From Eledone cirrhosa (Eukaryota): DNA of 64,000 bases. This document shows positions 1 through 11,479 of this stretch, one piece after another (the first letter of the stretch is position 1; each line of letters opens with the position of its first letter). The notes beneath the pieces are model-generated. The model did no database searches, had not been told where the DNA came from, and saw only the letters and a program-made list of their open reading frames with translations. Location of the stretch: assembly GCA_964016885.1 (NCBI GenBank), contig OZ024762.1:18352001-18416000 (forward strand), in the 5' to 3' direction. The translations under genes were made by a program, and so were the position numbers.

Positions 1-42
1 AGACATACGATGATGATGATGATGACAAAGATTTCTTCTTAC

Positions 43-401
43 CAATGTACGATCCGTCCTTGTGGACACACAATCCTGTAAACTCTCCATCAGTGAATTC
101 ATCGAGGCTGCTGAGATTCTCCTGAATCAATTCGTTATCCTCAACGATTTCGTTCACCTCATTTCTACTTTTCTTCTTCTGGACATGGCTGTTCCTCACA
201 GCGGCCTTGTGATAGCTAAGCTGCGGGTTTGTGCTGGTCATTTTACCAAGGGTAGGAGGGACAGGCTCAAGCTCTGGATCAGCTTTGGATATCTCTGTCA
301 CACGAAGAATGGAAACCGGAATCAAAGCTTCATCAGAATCCAAACTGGGCAGATGCTGACTTTTGCCAACCTTTGAAGAGTCTATGGCCAAAGATGCTAA
401 A
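43..401 (-). CDS. PASK: PAS kinase coding exon 12 (...EFTDGEFTGLCVHKDGSYI); gene continues beyond the window
   Basis: Poly-T/atcag acceptor and donor TTG|GTAAGA, open in phase 2. The GxCxHKDG motif matches human EGAYSGSCYHRDG, which precedes the kinase domain. Not in the ORF track. Confidence 0.88.
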
Positions 402-544
402 CTGATAAAAAAAAAAAAAAACGAAAAAATAAAATAAAACAAAAAATATTACACCCCTCCCCCCCCCCACAACAAAACAAGCTTGAACCTAGATAATTTA
501 TAAACATAAACACACAACACAGTGAAAACAAAAACAACAAGATA

Positions 545-1660
545 TCATCATCGTTTTACGTCCGTTCTTCCACGCTAGCATGGGTTAGATGGCGTGTCCT
601 GTTGTGGGCAGTGTCTGGTCGGCTGACCATGCCTTGCTCATACAGGAACTGATTTGGCTTGATTTCTACAGCTGGATGCCCTTCCTAACACCAACCTCAT
701 TTACAGTGAGTGCTGGGTGCTTTTTCGTGGCGCCTACACGTTCACTTTACAGTGTGGGCTGGGTGCTTTTTTGCCGTGGCAACTCCACGACCACCTTACA
801 GTGGGAGGGTGTGGGGGCATATTGTCTATATGCTTCAGCTTGTACCCATGGGAGGTCGGGTACTCTGTATTATTGCGCGACAACAAACAATACAGTGATA
901 AAATAAGATTAGAACACTGGATTTATTTTATTATAACACCAGCAGCAGGGAAGTTGTCATGTTTTTCACTCGTGTTTGGCAAGTTTTCTACAGCTAGCTA
1001 CCCCTTTCCATCATCAACCACCTTACAGAGTATACTGGGTGTTTTATCCTGTAGATCACCAACACTAGGGAGGTTGTCATGTTTTTGACACGACTAAAGA
1101 CACTTCTCAATCCTTGTTTGGCATGGGTTTCAATAGCCAGATGCCCTTTCTATCACTAACTCCTTTACATAATATACTGGGTGTGTTTTAGCATGTAGAT
1201 CACTAACACTTGTCATGTTTTTGACACAAAGAGTCTCCTCAACCCTGTGATTGGCAAGCTTTCTACAGCTAGATGCCCTCCCTACCACCAATCACTTTAC
1301 ATAATATATCGGGTGACACACGACCGTGACCTCTGGCGTCACGCAGTAATACAGAAGACCTGACCCCCCCACGGGTACAAGCTGAAGCTGAAGCATATAG
1401 ACAATATGCCTCACCCCCTCCCACTGCAAAAAAGCACCCAGCCCACACTGTAAAGTGGACATGTAGGCACCACAGAAAAAAAAGCACCCAGCACTCACTG
1501 TAAATGAGGTTGGTGTTAGGAAGGGCATCCAGCTGTAGAAATCAAGCCAGAATCAGTTCCCGTGAGCAAGGCATGGTTGGCCGACCAGACACTGCCCACA
1601 ACAGGACAACCCGTCTAACCCATGCTGGCGTGGAAGAACAGACGTAAAACGGTGATGATG
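545..1660. repeat. Inverted pair of the abundant dispersed repeat (RTE-tail/SINE-like, GCTGGATGCCCTTCCTAACACCAAC core)
   Basis: About 545-880 and 1338-1660 are reverse complements. Many other copies occur in the window. Confidence 0.8.
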
Positions 1661-1799
1661 ATAGGGTGTGTTTAGATCACCAACACTAGGGAAGTTGTCA
1701 CGTTTTTGACACAACTGAAGAGATTTCTCTTTTCTATGGCTAGCTGCCCTTCCCATCACTAACCCCTTTACATATTGAAAGATGTAAATAACAACTGAC

Positions 1800-3081
1800 C
1801 TTTTGGGGGCTATATCTTTAGTTTTCTTGGGACTGCAACCAGAACATAATATGTCACCACTGTCCAGGAGATCTTCATCATATTCTTTACCCAGACAAGC
1901 CTTTTGGATTTCTTTCTCTAACAGTTCAAAGCTGTCAGCATCATCATCATCGGAGTCTTCAGAGTCTTCAGAAGATGCTAGCATTTTAACTGATTTTGAT
2001 TTTTCAAAATATGTTTTCCTTTGGGGCAGTGATTTTAAGCTCTTTCGTCGCCGTAATGCAGCAGAGTTTGACAAAGGTGTTTGTGTGGGGACAGTTTCAG
2101 TCAAAGAGACGGTCATTCTGTTTAAAAGATTTGCATTGGACCCCCTCTTATTAGAGAAACGTTTCTTTGATGGACTTTTCTTTCTGTCGGTAATATTCAC
2201 CATGCTAGTGGTGGTTAGGTCCTCCGATTGGCTTTCACAGTCGAGATAATTGTCGGAGCCAAATTCACTGGGCAGATCGCAGTCGACCTGGAGAGCTTTC
2301 ATTTTGGAATCAATGAACATTAGTTCGGAGCTGACCGACTGTGTTCTTGGACAGAGGTTGGTTTCGCAAGGGACTCTACCATCAGTCTTTCTTACAATAG
2401 CAGCTAGTGACAGCTTCTTATCATCATCAGTATCAGCATTACCATGATGATGATCATCATCACAGTTTTGTTTAGGACAGCTGGTATTTTCTGATTGTAA
2501 GATGTTCTCTTCTTGAAGTTCAACATCATCATCACCGCCATCACCATCACCATCACATTCCAATTCTACAGGCATCTTATCACTCTCAATGGAAGCGGAT
2601 TTGCTGTTCTCCAAAGTTTTGACAGTTGGTGTCATGTCACCATCATCTACCTCCCCATCTTGTTGCTCCACTGCAGATGGCAAGTGGGTTGCGATCATCA
2701 GAGCAGGCCTAGGTATTACAGCATCTTCCTTCTCCAAGTCATCTTCTTGAAGAGCATCTGATTCTTGGACGATGGAAGAACTTTCTTCAGTAATTGAAAG
2801 GAAGCCGTCCTCAGAAGCTATTGAATCACACTGCATGATTTTTATTTGACCGGCAGGCAGAAATAGCGGGTCTTCTTTTTCGATAAGAGGCTGACTGATA
2901 TCGTTAAGTTTTGAACTGCTCGAAGAAGAACGGTACGGAGTAGAGGAACTGTCAGGTTCCATTTTCTCAACATCCTTCATCCATTTGCTGAAGTTGAGTT
3001 CGTTTTTATCATTGATTCCTTTCAGCATTTCTTGGTGTTTGTGGTGAGCTATGTTACCTTCAAGTGTTCCCTTTTTGGAGC
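1800..3081 (-). CDS. PASK: PAS kinase coding exon 11 (large acidic, Ser-rich linker exon)
   Basis: 1282-nt open frame inside ORF 1553..3091, with a poly-T/ccag acceptor and donor AAG|GTCAGT. Phases 1 and 2 fit the neighbours. Confidence 0.9.
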
Positions 3082-3142
3082 CTGGAAACAAAAAAAAAAA
3101 AAAATAATAATAATAATAGTTTGCAGCTCACATAATCAAGAT

Positions 3143-3620
3143 GTGTAGCTCAGAGATCAGATTGTCACTCCAGGTGGAGCCACTACTTCTCCGAACTGAG
3201 AGATCACAGCTTCAATATTACGGGCATGTGGTAAGTATGCCTCAGGAAAGAACCACTGGACAGATTTTACAAGCAAAACCAACTGGCAGGAGACCCAGGC
3301 ATAGAACCCAAGCAAGGTAGTTGGATAACATGCATGAGCTTGCATGATCTCGCTTGGATCCCCAGCCAGACCAGTTAGGGAAGGTTGCTTCTGACAACAC
3401 CCGCTAGAAGAAGAAGGCAAAGAAGAAAAAGAAGGCAAAGAAGAAAAAGGCAAAGAAGAAGAAGAAAGCAAAAAAGAAAAAGAAGGCAAAGAAGAAAAAG
3501 AAGAAGAAGAAAGCAAAGGAGAAAAAGAAGAAGAAAGCAAAGAAGAAGAAGAAAGCAAAGAAGAAAAAGAAGAAGAAGGTAAAGAAGAAGAAGAAGGTAA
3601 AGAAGAAGAAGACGACGACA
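3143..3620 (+). mobile_element. RTE 3' fragment with expanded (GAA)n tail
   Basis: Same family as 7540-7905, 13950-14320 and 43280-43560 (GHVVRM...KPTGRRP...WKECL). Confidence 0.75.
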
Positions 3621-3737
3621 ACGATGACAGTTTTTTTTTTTTAGATATTCTCTGCTAAATCAGGAGAATGATAAACAATAAAGAAACAGGAGTTGGGAAG
3701 AGGAAATGGAGGAACCAAGCTTTGACAGTATTTTTAC

Positions 3738-3882
3738 CTTTTTTCTTGATTGCATTTGTAAATGTTGATACCTCACTTGCGGAATATTTCAACTGACTTG
3801 TATTACAATGGTTGGTGGATCTATCTGCGACTGGTACCGAACTCACAATAGAGTAGAATTCAGGAATCAGTGTGCTGATAGT
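3738..3882 (-). CDS. PASK: PAS kinase coding exon 10 (TISTLIPEFYSIV...AIKKK)
   Basis: Acceptor tttctcctctag, donor AAG|GTAAAA. LIPEFY ends the PAS domain. Phases 0 and 1 fit the neighbouring exons. Confidence 0.9.
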
Positions 3883-3930
3883 CTAGAGGAGAAATAGAGG
3901 AATGAATAAATAAATGGTATAGTATGGATC

Positions 3931-4811
3931 CAGAGGCATAACTAGGTAAAATAGCACCTATGGCAAGCAGTGAAATTACACCCCTGCCCAGCACTGTATT
4001 TTTATCTATGGCCCTAATCTTTATATAGGATGTCTGTCTGTGAGTTTGAATCTCTAAAGCTCATGAAGTACCTAACCGATTTTTTTCAAACTTTACATGT
4101 GTATTACTTATGTTTCAGGGAGGGTTATGCACATTAAAAAAATTCAACTTTTTGATCCCCTAGGGTCGGCATTAGGTGAAAAACTGCGTTTTTTCAGCTT
4201 TTTTGAGGCATTACATCAGACCGATTTCCTTGAAATTGTAACTATATATTAGTCAGTCTCTTCTTCATACCGTGAGCAAAGAAAATCCAACCTTTTTATG
4301 GCCTAGGGCCCGCATTAGATGAAAAACTTCATTTTTTCAGCTTTTTAGAGATGTTACGTCTAGCCGATTTTCCCGAAATTTCAAGGCATATTATGCACAT
4401 AAAAAAAATTCATTTTCTCGATCCCCTAGGGCTCACATTAGGTGAAAACCTGCATTTTTCCTGCTTCATCGAGGAAAATCTTAAAGATTATCCAGCCATC
4501 AGAGTATTCGGTTTATTTTCTTTACATGCAGTTTTTCCAAGATTAGGTCTGTTGGTGGCCCGCGTTCCAAAATACCTTATCCCGTGTAATGCCGGGTACC
4601 ACTGCTAGTAATTTTTAAAATGGTTTAATGATCCAGCCACCATAGTGTTCTCCCCCATGATAATCAGAGACAGATCATACATCTGAAGGAGTGTTTTTTT
4701 TTTCACTCTCCGACGAGGTTTATTTGACTTTAATAGAACGTGCTCTTAGTCCAAATGGTGCCCCCATCATGTGGCACCCATGGCATGTGCCATACCCTAG
4801 CTATGCCTCTG
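3931..4811. mobile_element. hAT-like MITE hosting the Helitron
   Basis: TIRs CAGAGGCATAACTAGG and CCTAGCTATGCCTCTG. The 8-bp TSD is degenerate (5/8). Confidence 0.6.
4018..4608 (+). mobile_element. Non-autonomous Helitron
   Basis: 5' A|TC, 3' hairpin CCCG-tgtaatgc-CGGG followed by CTAG|T, and no TSD. Confidence 0.8.
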
Positions 4812-5556
4812 CCTGGACCCGTTGGAAGGAGTGTTTCAGGACTCTTCTCCAATGACCCTCTAAGAATAAGTGGGCCTAGAAGGTATGGCAGGGGCCAGTA
4901 ACTCCCGAGGGTGTCATAGGGGCACCATATTGATATACAGCATTTCTTGGGCATTTATTAAAACCTGGCAGAGCCCATCTCCCATCAAAGTTTGAATACA
5001 GAAGATTTTCTTCAAGAGAAGGATAGAGAGTGAGAGAAAGGAAGTGAGAAAAAGATATAAAGGAAGATTCAACCCCAGTACTTGATTGGTACTTTTTTTT
5101 TTATTGACCTCGAATGGATGAAAGGCAAAGTTGACCGTGGCAGGATTTGAACTCAGGGAGCAGAAAGCCAGAATGAATACTGTAGATCACTGTCTGACAT
5201 TCTAACGACTCTGCCAATAAACCTTCAAATCTGTTAATCTGGTTACACACCTCAGAGATGGTTTTACTACTTATTCTCCTTCTCCAAATAAACGGTGGCA
5301 TGTGGAATAAAGTGTCTTCTTTTAATCGACCTCAAATGTATGAAAGGCAAAGTTAATTTTGGTGGGATTTGAATTGAGTGAGCATAAAGTCAGAATACCA
5401 CGGTGGCATGTGCAGAGAGATGTGCAGCTGAATGACAAGAGCGCCACCACAGTAGAGGTAGAAACAAAAACACACCCCGAATTCCAAACCATTATCCAAC
5501 CCCCACCACCACCAACACCACAAAAAATGCTGGAAGAGACAGAAACGGTGGGTTAC

Positions 5557-5729
5557 CTTGCCAATAAGTTCTGCACTGGAATAACCAAAGAGCATGAGAG
5601 CGAAATGGTGATTTATGCTGTGTATTGTGCCATCAGGAAAGAAGGTTATAAGTCCAGTGATGGTGGAGAAAAAACAGACAACACCTTCAAACACTCTGGC
5701 TGCCGGTTTTTCTTTTGGGTAATAACAAT
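5557..5729 (-). CDS. PASK: PAS kinase coding exon 9 (FSTITGLITFFPDGTIHSINHHFALMLFGYSSAELIGK; further PAS domain)
   Basis: Acceptor tttgtttcag, donor AAG|GTAACC. Contains the PASK-typical PDGTIxxINHxFALxLFGY motif. Confidence 0.94.
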
Positions 5730-5753
5730 CTGAAACAAAGATATTTATGCATA

Positions 5754-6035
5754 TCTATATATATAAAACTGAGGATTTCTGTCTGTGTGTGTCTGTGAAT
5801 TTGAATCCCTAAAACTTGAGAAGTACCCAACCGATTTTTTTCAAACTTTACATGTATATTACTTTTTGATCCCCTAGGTGAAAAACTGTTTTTTCAGCTT
5901 TTTAGGGTTTTTTTGAGGTGTTACGTCAGACCAATTTCCTTGAAATTGTAACTATGTATTAGTCAGTCTCTTCTTCATACCGTGAGCAAAGAAAATCCAA
6001 CTTTTTTATGGCCTAGCGCCCGCATTAGGTGAAAA
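5754..6035 (+). mobile_element. 3'-truncated copy of the same Helitron family
   Basis: Starts A|TCTATATATAT and shares long blocks with 4018-4330. Confidence 0.7.
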
Positions 6036-6311
6036 TATATCGGTCCATATATATATATATGCATACATATATAGAGAGTGTACCGGGTGTGTTTCATTGT
6101 GGCCCTAACAGTACCACCTTACAGAGTCGAATCAGTGCTTTTTGTCATGGCACCAGCAGCACAAACACCTTACACGGTGGACTGGGTGTTTTTTTTTTTT
6201 AATCTACCATTAGATATTTTCATTTTGTCATTTTATCAAATATTTGAAAAATAAAACATTTCGTTGTTTGCTTGTTACAGAAATAATAGTTACCACAATC
6301 AAAGATCTTAC

Positions 6312-6426
6312 CTGGGTGGAGAGAACTATCATCATCAGAATCTATTTCAATGGCATGGACATGTATTGTAAGAGGAAAAATGGAGCCATCCAACGTTTTC
6401 CCAGTTGCTCTTTGTTTTTTAAAGTT
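6312..6426 (-). CDS. PASK: PAS kinase coding exon 8 (NFKKQRATGKTLDGSIFPLTI...)
   Basis: Acceptor tcatttcag, donor CAG|GTAAGA. Similar to human NLKIQRSVGRARDGTTFPLSL. Confidence 0.93.
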
Positions 6427-7489
6427 CTGAAATGACCGATTAAAAGAAAATAACAATAATCAAAATCAGGTAGAAAACCAAACCAAACCATAATATAGGA
6501 GAGTTTTATTGACACCAGCATTACCAGCTTTACAGGGTGGACTGGGTGCTTAATCCACAGGCTGGACTCCATGTAACATAATATAATTAACAACAATGAG
6601 TTCCTCAACAGTGTAAAATAGCTTTTGCTCTTTATTAGTGTGTGCGTGTATGTACATATATATGGGTGAAGAAAACATACCTGTGCAATTGAAGGTTGAT
6701 CCTTAGAAGCAAGAAAGGATTGAAGTGCATATCAAGGCTGTGCCGCATGAGTAGCAGTGCCCAGCTTGATATGTGGGTAGCGGTCCCCAGCTTGATATGT
6801 GCGTAGTTCGTGGTTAGAGTGAAAAAAGTAAGAGAGAGAGATGTCAGATCTCTTCTATTTATTATGCCCACAGGGAAGCAACTCGCACTAGTTCTGTCTC
6901 CCGGGCAAAGGTGGCGCTAGTCGCTACACACTTTACAGAAGAGACTGGGGGTATATTTGTTGTGGCACCAGGACTACCACCTTACAGAGTGGACTGGCTG
7001 CTTAATGCTTGTGGCACCAGCACTACCAGCTTTACAGGGTGGACTGGGTGTGTTTCATTGTGGCACCAGCACTACCACCCTATAGGGTGGGCTGGGTGCT
7101 TTTCATTGTTTCACCAGCACTACCACCTTACAGAGTAGACTGGGTGCTTCTTTATTGTGGCACAAGCTCTACCACCTTACAGGGTGGACTGGGTGTTTCT
7201 TTATTGTGGAACCAGCACTATCACTTTACAGAGTGGACTGGGTGCTTTTCATTGTGACACCAGCACTACCACATTACAGTTGCTCTTTGTTTTTTAAAGT
7301 TCTGAAATGATCAAAATAATAAAATAAATGAAATAAAATAAAAACTAAGTAGAAAATCATGACATAACTCCACATGCCTGTATATGCGTAAGTTTGACAG
7401 TGTCGGTATGTTGTGGGCTTTTGCCAGAGGAGGTAACAAAAAAAAAAAAGACACAAACAAAATGACGATAGAATTATAAGAAAGAAAAA

Positions 7490-8078
7490 TCCTATTCAGA
7501 GGAGAGAATCTTGGGTACTGACCTAAAGAATATGATTGCAAATACAAGCAATCGAAATGGGGTTCCTCTGAAGGGTCTTGGAGTAATGTTACCTGGCAGA
7601 GAACAGAGAGTTGCTCGAGGTGTAGTCACTACTTCAAATTTTGAGATCACAGCTCTGATACTATGGGCATCTATGGTGGTTAGAATGTCCCAGGAAAGAA
7701 TCAGTAGACAGATTTTACAGGTAAAACCAACTGGCAGTAGACCCAGGCATAGAACCTGACCAACATGCTTGGATAACATCCATAAGCTCGGCTGGTCTCG
7801 CTTGGGGATCTTGCCAGATCAGTTAGATACGGTTGCTTCTGACAGGACCTACTGGAAGGAGTGTTTGGGGACTCTGGCCCACCACGGCCCTCTCAGGAAT
7901 AAGTGGGAGAAGGAGGAAGAGGAAAAAGAGGAAAAGGAGGAAGAAGTAGGAAGAGGAGGAGGAGGAAGAAGAAGAAAAGGAAGAGGAGGAAGAGGAAGAA
8001 AAGGAAGAGGAGGAAGAGGAAGAAGAGGAAGAAGAGGAAGAGGAAGAGGAGGAAGAGGAGGAAGAGGAAGAGGAAGAA

Positions 8079-8113
<35 letters not shown>

Positions 8114-8150
8114 AGAGGAAGAAGAGGAAGAAGAGGAAGAAGAGGAACAG
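7490..8150 (+). mobile_element. RTE 3' fragment with (GAA/GAG)n tail
   Basis: VVRMSQERISRQILQVKPTGSRPR...WKECLGTL. Confidence 0.8.
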
Positions 8151-8210
8151 AGGAAAGACTTTGATGGGGTCTGCACGGGATATGTTAACATTGTGTTTCA
8201 TAAGACATAC

Positions 8211-8345
8211 CTTGGTCAGTCTTTGGGAAGGTTTTGGTAGCTTAAATGCTGGAATCAACTGTGTAATGTTGCTACCAATAATGTCCTCATTGTTGGTATA
8301 GCCAAAGAAACAGGAAAGTTTCTCATCACACCTTATTATCTCACC
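8211..8345 (-). CDS. PASK: PAS kinase coding exon 7 (GEIIRCDEKLSCFFGY...ITQLIPAFKLP)
   Basis: Acceptor ttgcag, donor AAG|GTATGT, 135 nt. Similar to human GTVTSCDSLFAHLHGY...ITDLIPSVQLP. Confidence 0.93.
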
Positions 8346-8686
8346 CTGCAACATGAAATTGGTAGAAAACCTGTCAATCATTCACACGTTAGGAATTATT
8401 CATCAAAGTGAAAACAAAAACAAAAAAATGATTTTAAAAGGAAAAAAGAAAAATTGTATACATCTTCGTCCATTTGGATGATCCAGCTCAAAGTATAACT
8501 ATATATATATATATATACGGATTAACAAATAATAGTTAAATGCAGTCCACTTAGGTGAAGTCCAGTTATGGTATTCCAGGTAGTGGATGATATTAACGCT
8601 TGGCTTGGTTTGACTCAACAAGGCGTTTTCATAGTGATGCTGCGGGTATGCTGTAATTCCTATGTTGTAAACACTTGGAGTAATAA

Positions 8687-9034
8687 TAAATCAGGAAAGA
8701 AGGTTTACATGGTTTGCTATACAAAAAAGTTTTTAATCACAAAGCTTACATTTGTTTCATTGAACTGGTATGTCTAGAGATCGCTATCCGCCTAATTTTG
8801 CGTCACTCGATCGCCAATACAGAATTATTTTCTTTTCTTTTCTTGCCTGTGTATTTTCTTCATTCTCGCATGCTCCGAAGATCTGACTGGTTTTAATTCT
8901 GTATTGGCGATCGAGTGACGCAAAATTAGGCGGATAGCGATCTCTAGACATACCAGTTCAGTGAAACAAATGTAAGCTTTGTGATTAAAAACTTTTTTGT
9001 ATAGCAAACCATGTAAACCTTCTTTCTTGATTTA
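8687..9034. repeat. Near-perfect inverted repeat (141-bp arms, 66-bp spacer) next to (TA)n
   Basis: Arms 8687-8827 and 8894-9034 are reverse complements. Confidence 0.92.
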
Positions 9035-9067
9035 TATATATATATATATATATGGGACTATATTCCT

Positions 9068-9116
9068 TATGCCCCGATGATTCCAGACTTCCCTCTGGAA
9101 GAAACAATTGTCAGCT
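9068..9116 (+). ncRNA. Hammerhead relic with a core U4>C change
   Basis: CCGATGA-TTCCAGA-cttccc-TCTGGAA-GAA-ACAATTGT-C, between (TA)n tracts. Confidence 0.5.
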
Positions 9117-9156
9117 AATAAATGCTCTAAACTAAAATTTGACCGTTTTAACACTT

Positions 9157-9239
<83 letters not shown>

Positions 9240-9270
9240 TGTAGTTTACTTGAAGCATTGCGTAGTGAGG

Positions 9271-9482
9271 TATAAATGTTTGGAGTTAGAAGGCCAGGAC
9301 AATGCAGGTATGGATATAGAATATAAATACAAATGCAAAAGATATTGCTGACAATTAGTCTTTTACCTTAAATTTATTTGAATTAAATTTAAGGTAAAAG
9401 ACTAATTGTCAGCAATATCTTTTGCACTTGTATTTATATTCTATATCCATACCTGCATTGTTCTGGCCTTCTAACTCCAAAT

Positions 9483-9489
<7 letters not shown>
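9271..9489. repeat. Long palindrome (about 105-bp arms) between (TA)n tracts
   Basis: Centre TAAATTTA-tttgaat-TAAATTTA near 9380. Confidence 0.92.
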
Positions 9490-9562
<73 letters not shown>

Positions 9563-9691
9563 ATAGGTACATTGACAAGAAAATCAGAAAGTAAGCAAAT
9601 CCTTCTGCTTAAACTTCATCCACATGTGCGTTTACCCTTGATGTTGAAGGCATGGCAGCTGGTGGATCTATATATGTTTAGTAAGACATAC

Positions 9692-9780
9692 GTTTACTGA
9701 TGACGGGTTCTGATGTCTTTATAGTGCCTGTTATTTAATAATGATAATCAGCATTTCAACTCTGAAACAGCTGTATAGAT
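9692..9780 (+). ncRNA. Hammerhead-like motif, partly degenerate
   Basis: GTTTA-CTGATGA-cGGGTT...AACTCt-GAA-ACAGCTGT-A-TAGAT. The first helix II pair is mismatched. It lies between short inverted arms (about 9562-9600 and 9817-9856). Confidence 0.55.
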
Positions 9781-10094
9781 TAGAGGAATCAGTTTTTACC
9801 ATCTTCATCTAAGTTTATTTGCTTACTTTCCGATTTTCTAATGTTATTGTACCTATATGTACCTATACGTATAGTCTTGGATATATTGTCTGGGCAAGAT
9901 TTACTACTCCTAAAAAATTAGTTAAAATTTTAATTTAGTTGAGCTGGCTTAAGGCCCTAGAGTTGAGCTATTTTTAGCATTCCTCTTGGCCTCTTTGCCA
10001 GACAATACAATTGATATTTTATGTATTGATCAAAATAATAATTATTTATATATTAAAGAAATAACCACTGGCAGAAGGTTTAAAACAGACCAAC

Positions 10095-10235
10095 CTTTTG
10101 ATTAAAATAAACTGAAGAGATCAGTCTATGTATAGGTTCCATAGCCACAAGACAGCGAGACTTCTTGTTGTAGTCAACACGTTTCATCCACAGAGACACA
10201 GGTAATACCAAGCCATTTTTATCAATAGCTTCCAC
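10095..10235 (-). CDS. PASK: PAS kinase coding exon 6 (VEAIDKNGLVLPVSLWMKR...MEPIHRLISSVYFNQK)
   Basis: Acceptor ttttag, donor AAG|GTTGGT, 141 nt. PVSLWMKR and EP motifs match human IPVSVWMKR...LEPVER. Confidence 0.93.
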
Positions 10236-10307
10236 CTAAAATATTGAAGGTCACACAACAGAGTAAAACATCAACAAATATTTTAAGGCTGTTTTTTTTT
10301 TTTAAAA

Positions 10308-10535
10308 TTAACAAGCCCATTTTTAGATATTTTGAATTAACAAGCCCATTTTTAGTTATTTTGAATTAACAAACCCCTTTTTAGATATTTTGAATTAACA
10401 AGCCCATTTTTAGTTATTTTGAATTAACAAACCCCTTTTTAGATATTTTGAATTAACAAGCCCATTTTTAGTTATTTTGAATTAACAAGCCCATTTTTAG
10501 TTATTTTGAATTAACAAGCCCATTTTTAGATATTT
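10308..10535. repeat. 29-bp tandem repeat, about 8 copies
   Basis: Unit TTAACAAGCCCATTTTTAGATATTTTGAA. Confidence 0.9.
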
Positions 10536-11231
10536 TCTGCTAAATCATTACAGGATATTAAGAGTTAATACAGCAATCTGTCCACCAGTAAAGATACTAT
10601 AAACATTTGAATTAACAAACTTGTTTTGAGATATTTTCTGCTAAATCATTACAAGATGTTAAGAGTTAACGACTAGTGAAGGTGTGTGGGTTAATGATTA
10701 GGATGTCAGACTCCCCCTTATCCCAAAATAAAGGTCACACGAGAGAGGATAATAGTATTTCTATCATCATCATCATCATCATTTTAGTCCGCTTTTCCCT
10801 GCAAGGGTGGGACGGGAACTGATTCTGGCTTGATTTCTACAGCTGGATGCCCTTCCTAACACCAACCTCATTTACAGTGAGTGCTGGGTGCTTTTTTTCC
10901 GTGGCCCCTCATTCTTGCTCTTGTGTTGGCATGCAAACAGAACTAATGTTTCTGGGTGATTACCCTTCATCAGTGCAGTTTACTGTTCATCTGCCAGAGC
11001 TAGTTATATATATCAAAGGTAGAACTATATTATCAATTCTCAAAAGTAGATGAAATTTCCAACAATATTTGAATAATTCTAGGTTACAGTTCACCCAAAA
11101 CATTACTAATATATTAAAAACAATTATTTGATGAAAGAAGATTGTATTTCTATTGATACTATAGTATATATATATATAAATAAAACGGACGTAAAATGAT
11201 GATAATGATGATGACATATATATATACTTAC

Positions 11232-11399
11232 CACCTTGCCAGCAATACTGATCACCTGTCCACTTGGCTGCAGGTAAGACTCCATGATGGTCTGTTGGTC
11301 TTTCTTCTTCAGTTGGATCAGATCGGTCAAACATCGGCAAATCATATCTGATCGGTTGTAATCAAACAGAGCACATGCCATCTCATTGGCAGTGAGAAT
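11232..11399 (-). CDS. PASK: PAS kinase coding exon 5 (ILTANEMACALFDY...IAGKV; PAS-A)
   Basis: Acceptor gtgttag and donor GTG|GTAAGT. Similar to human ILVANDKACGLLGY...VFGTV. Confidence 0.93.
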
Positions 11400-11479
11400 C
11401 TAACACAGATAAAAAAAAAAAATATATATATATATATATTTACACAGAGAGAGAGAGAGAGAGAGAGAAACAATAATAA

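Noticed and set aside
1553-1799. C-terminal part of the 512-aa ORF as coding sequence
   Set aside because: It lies beyond the donor at 1799 and consists of dispersed repeat sequence.
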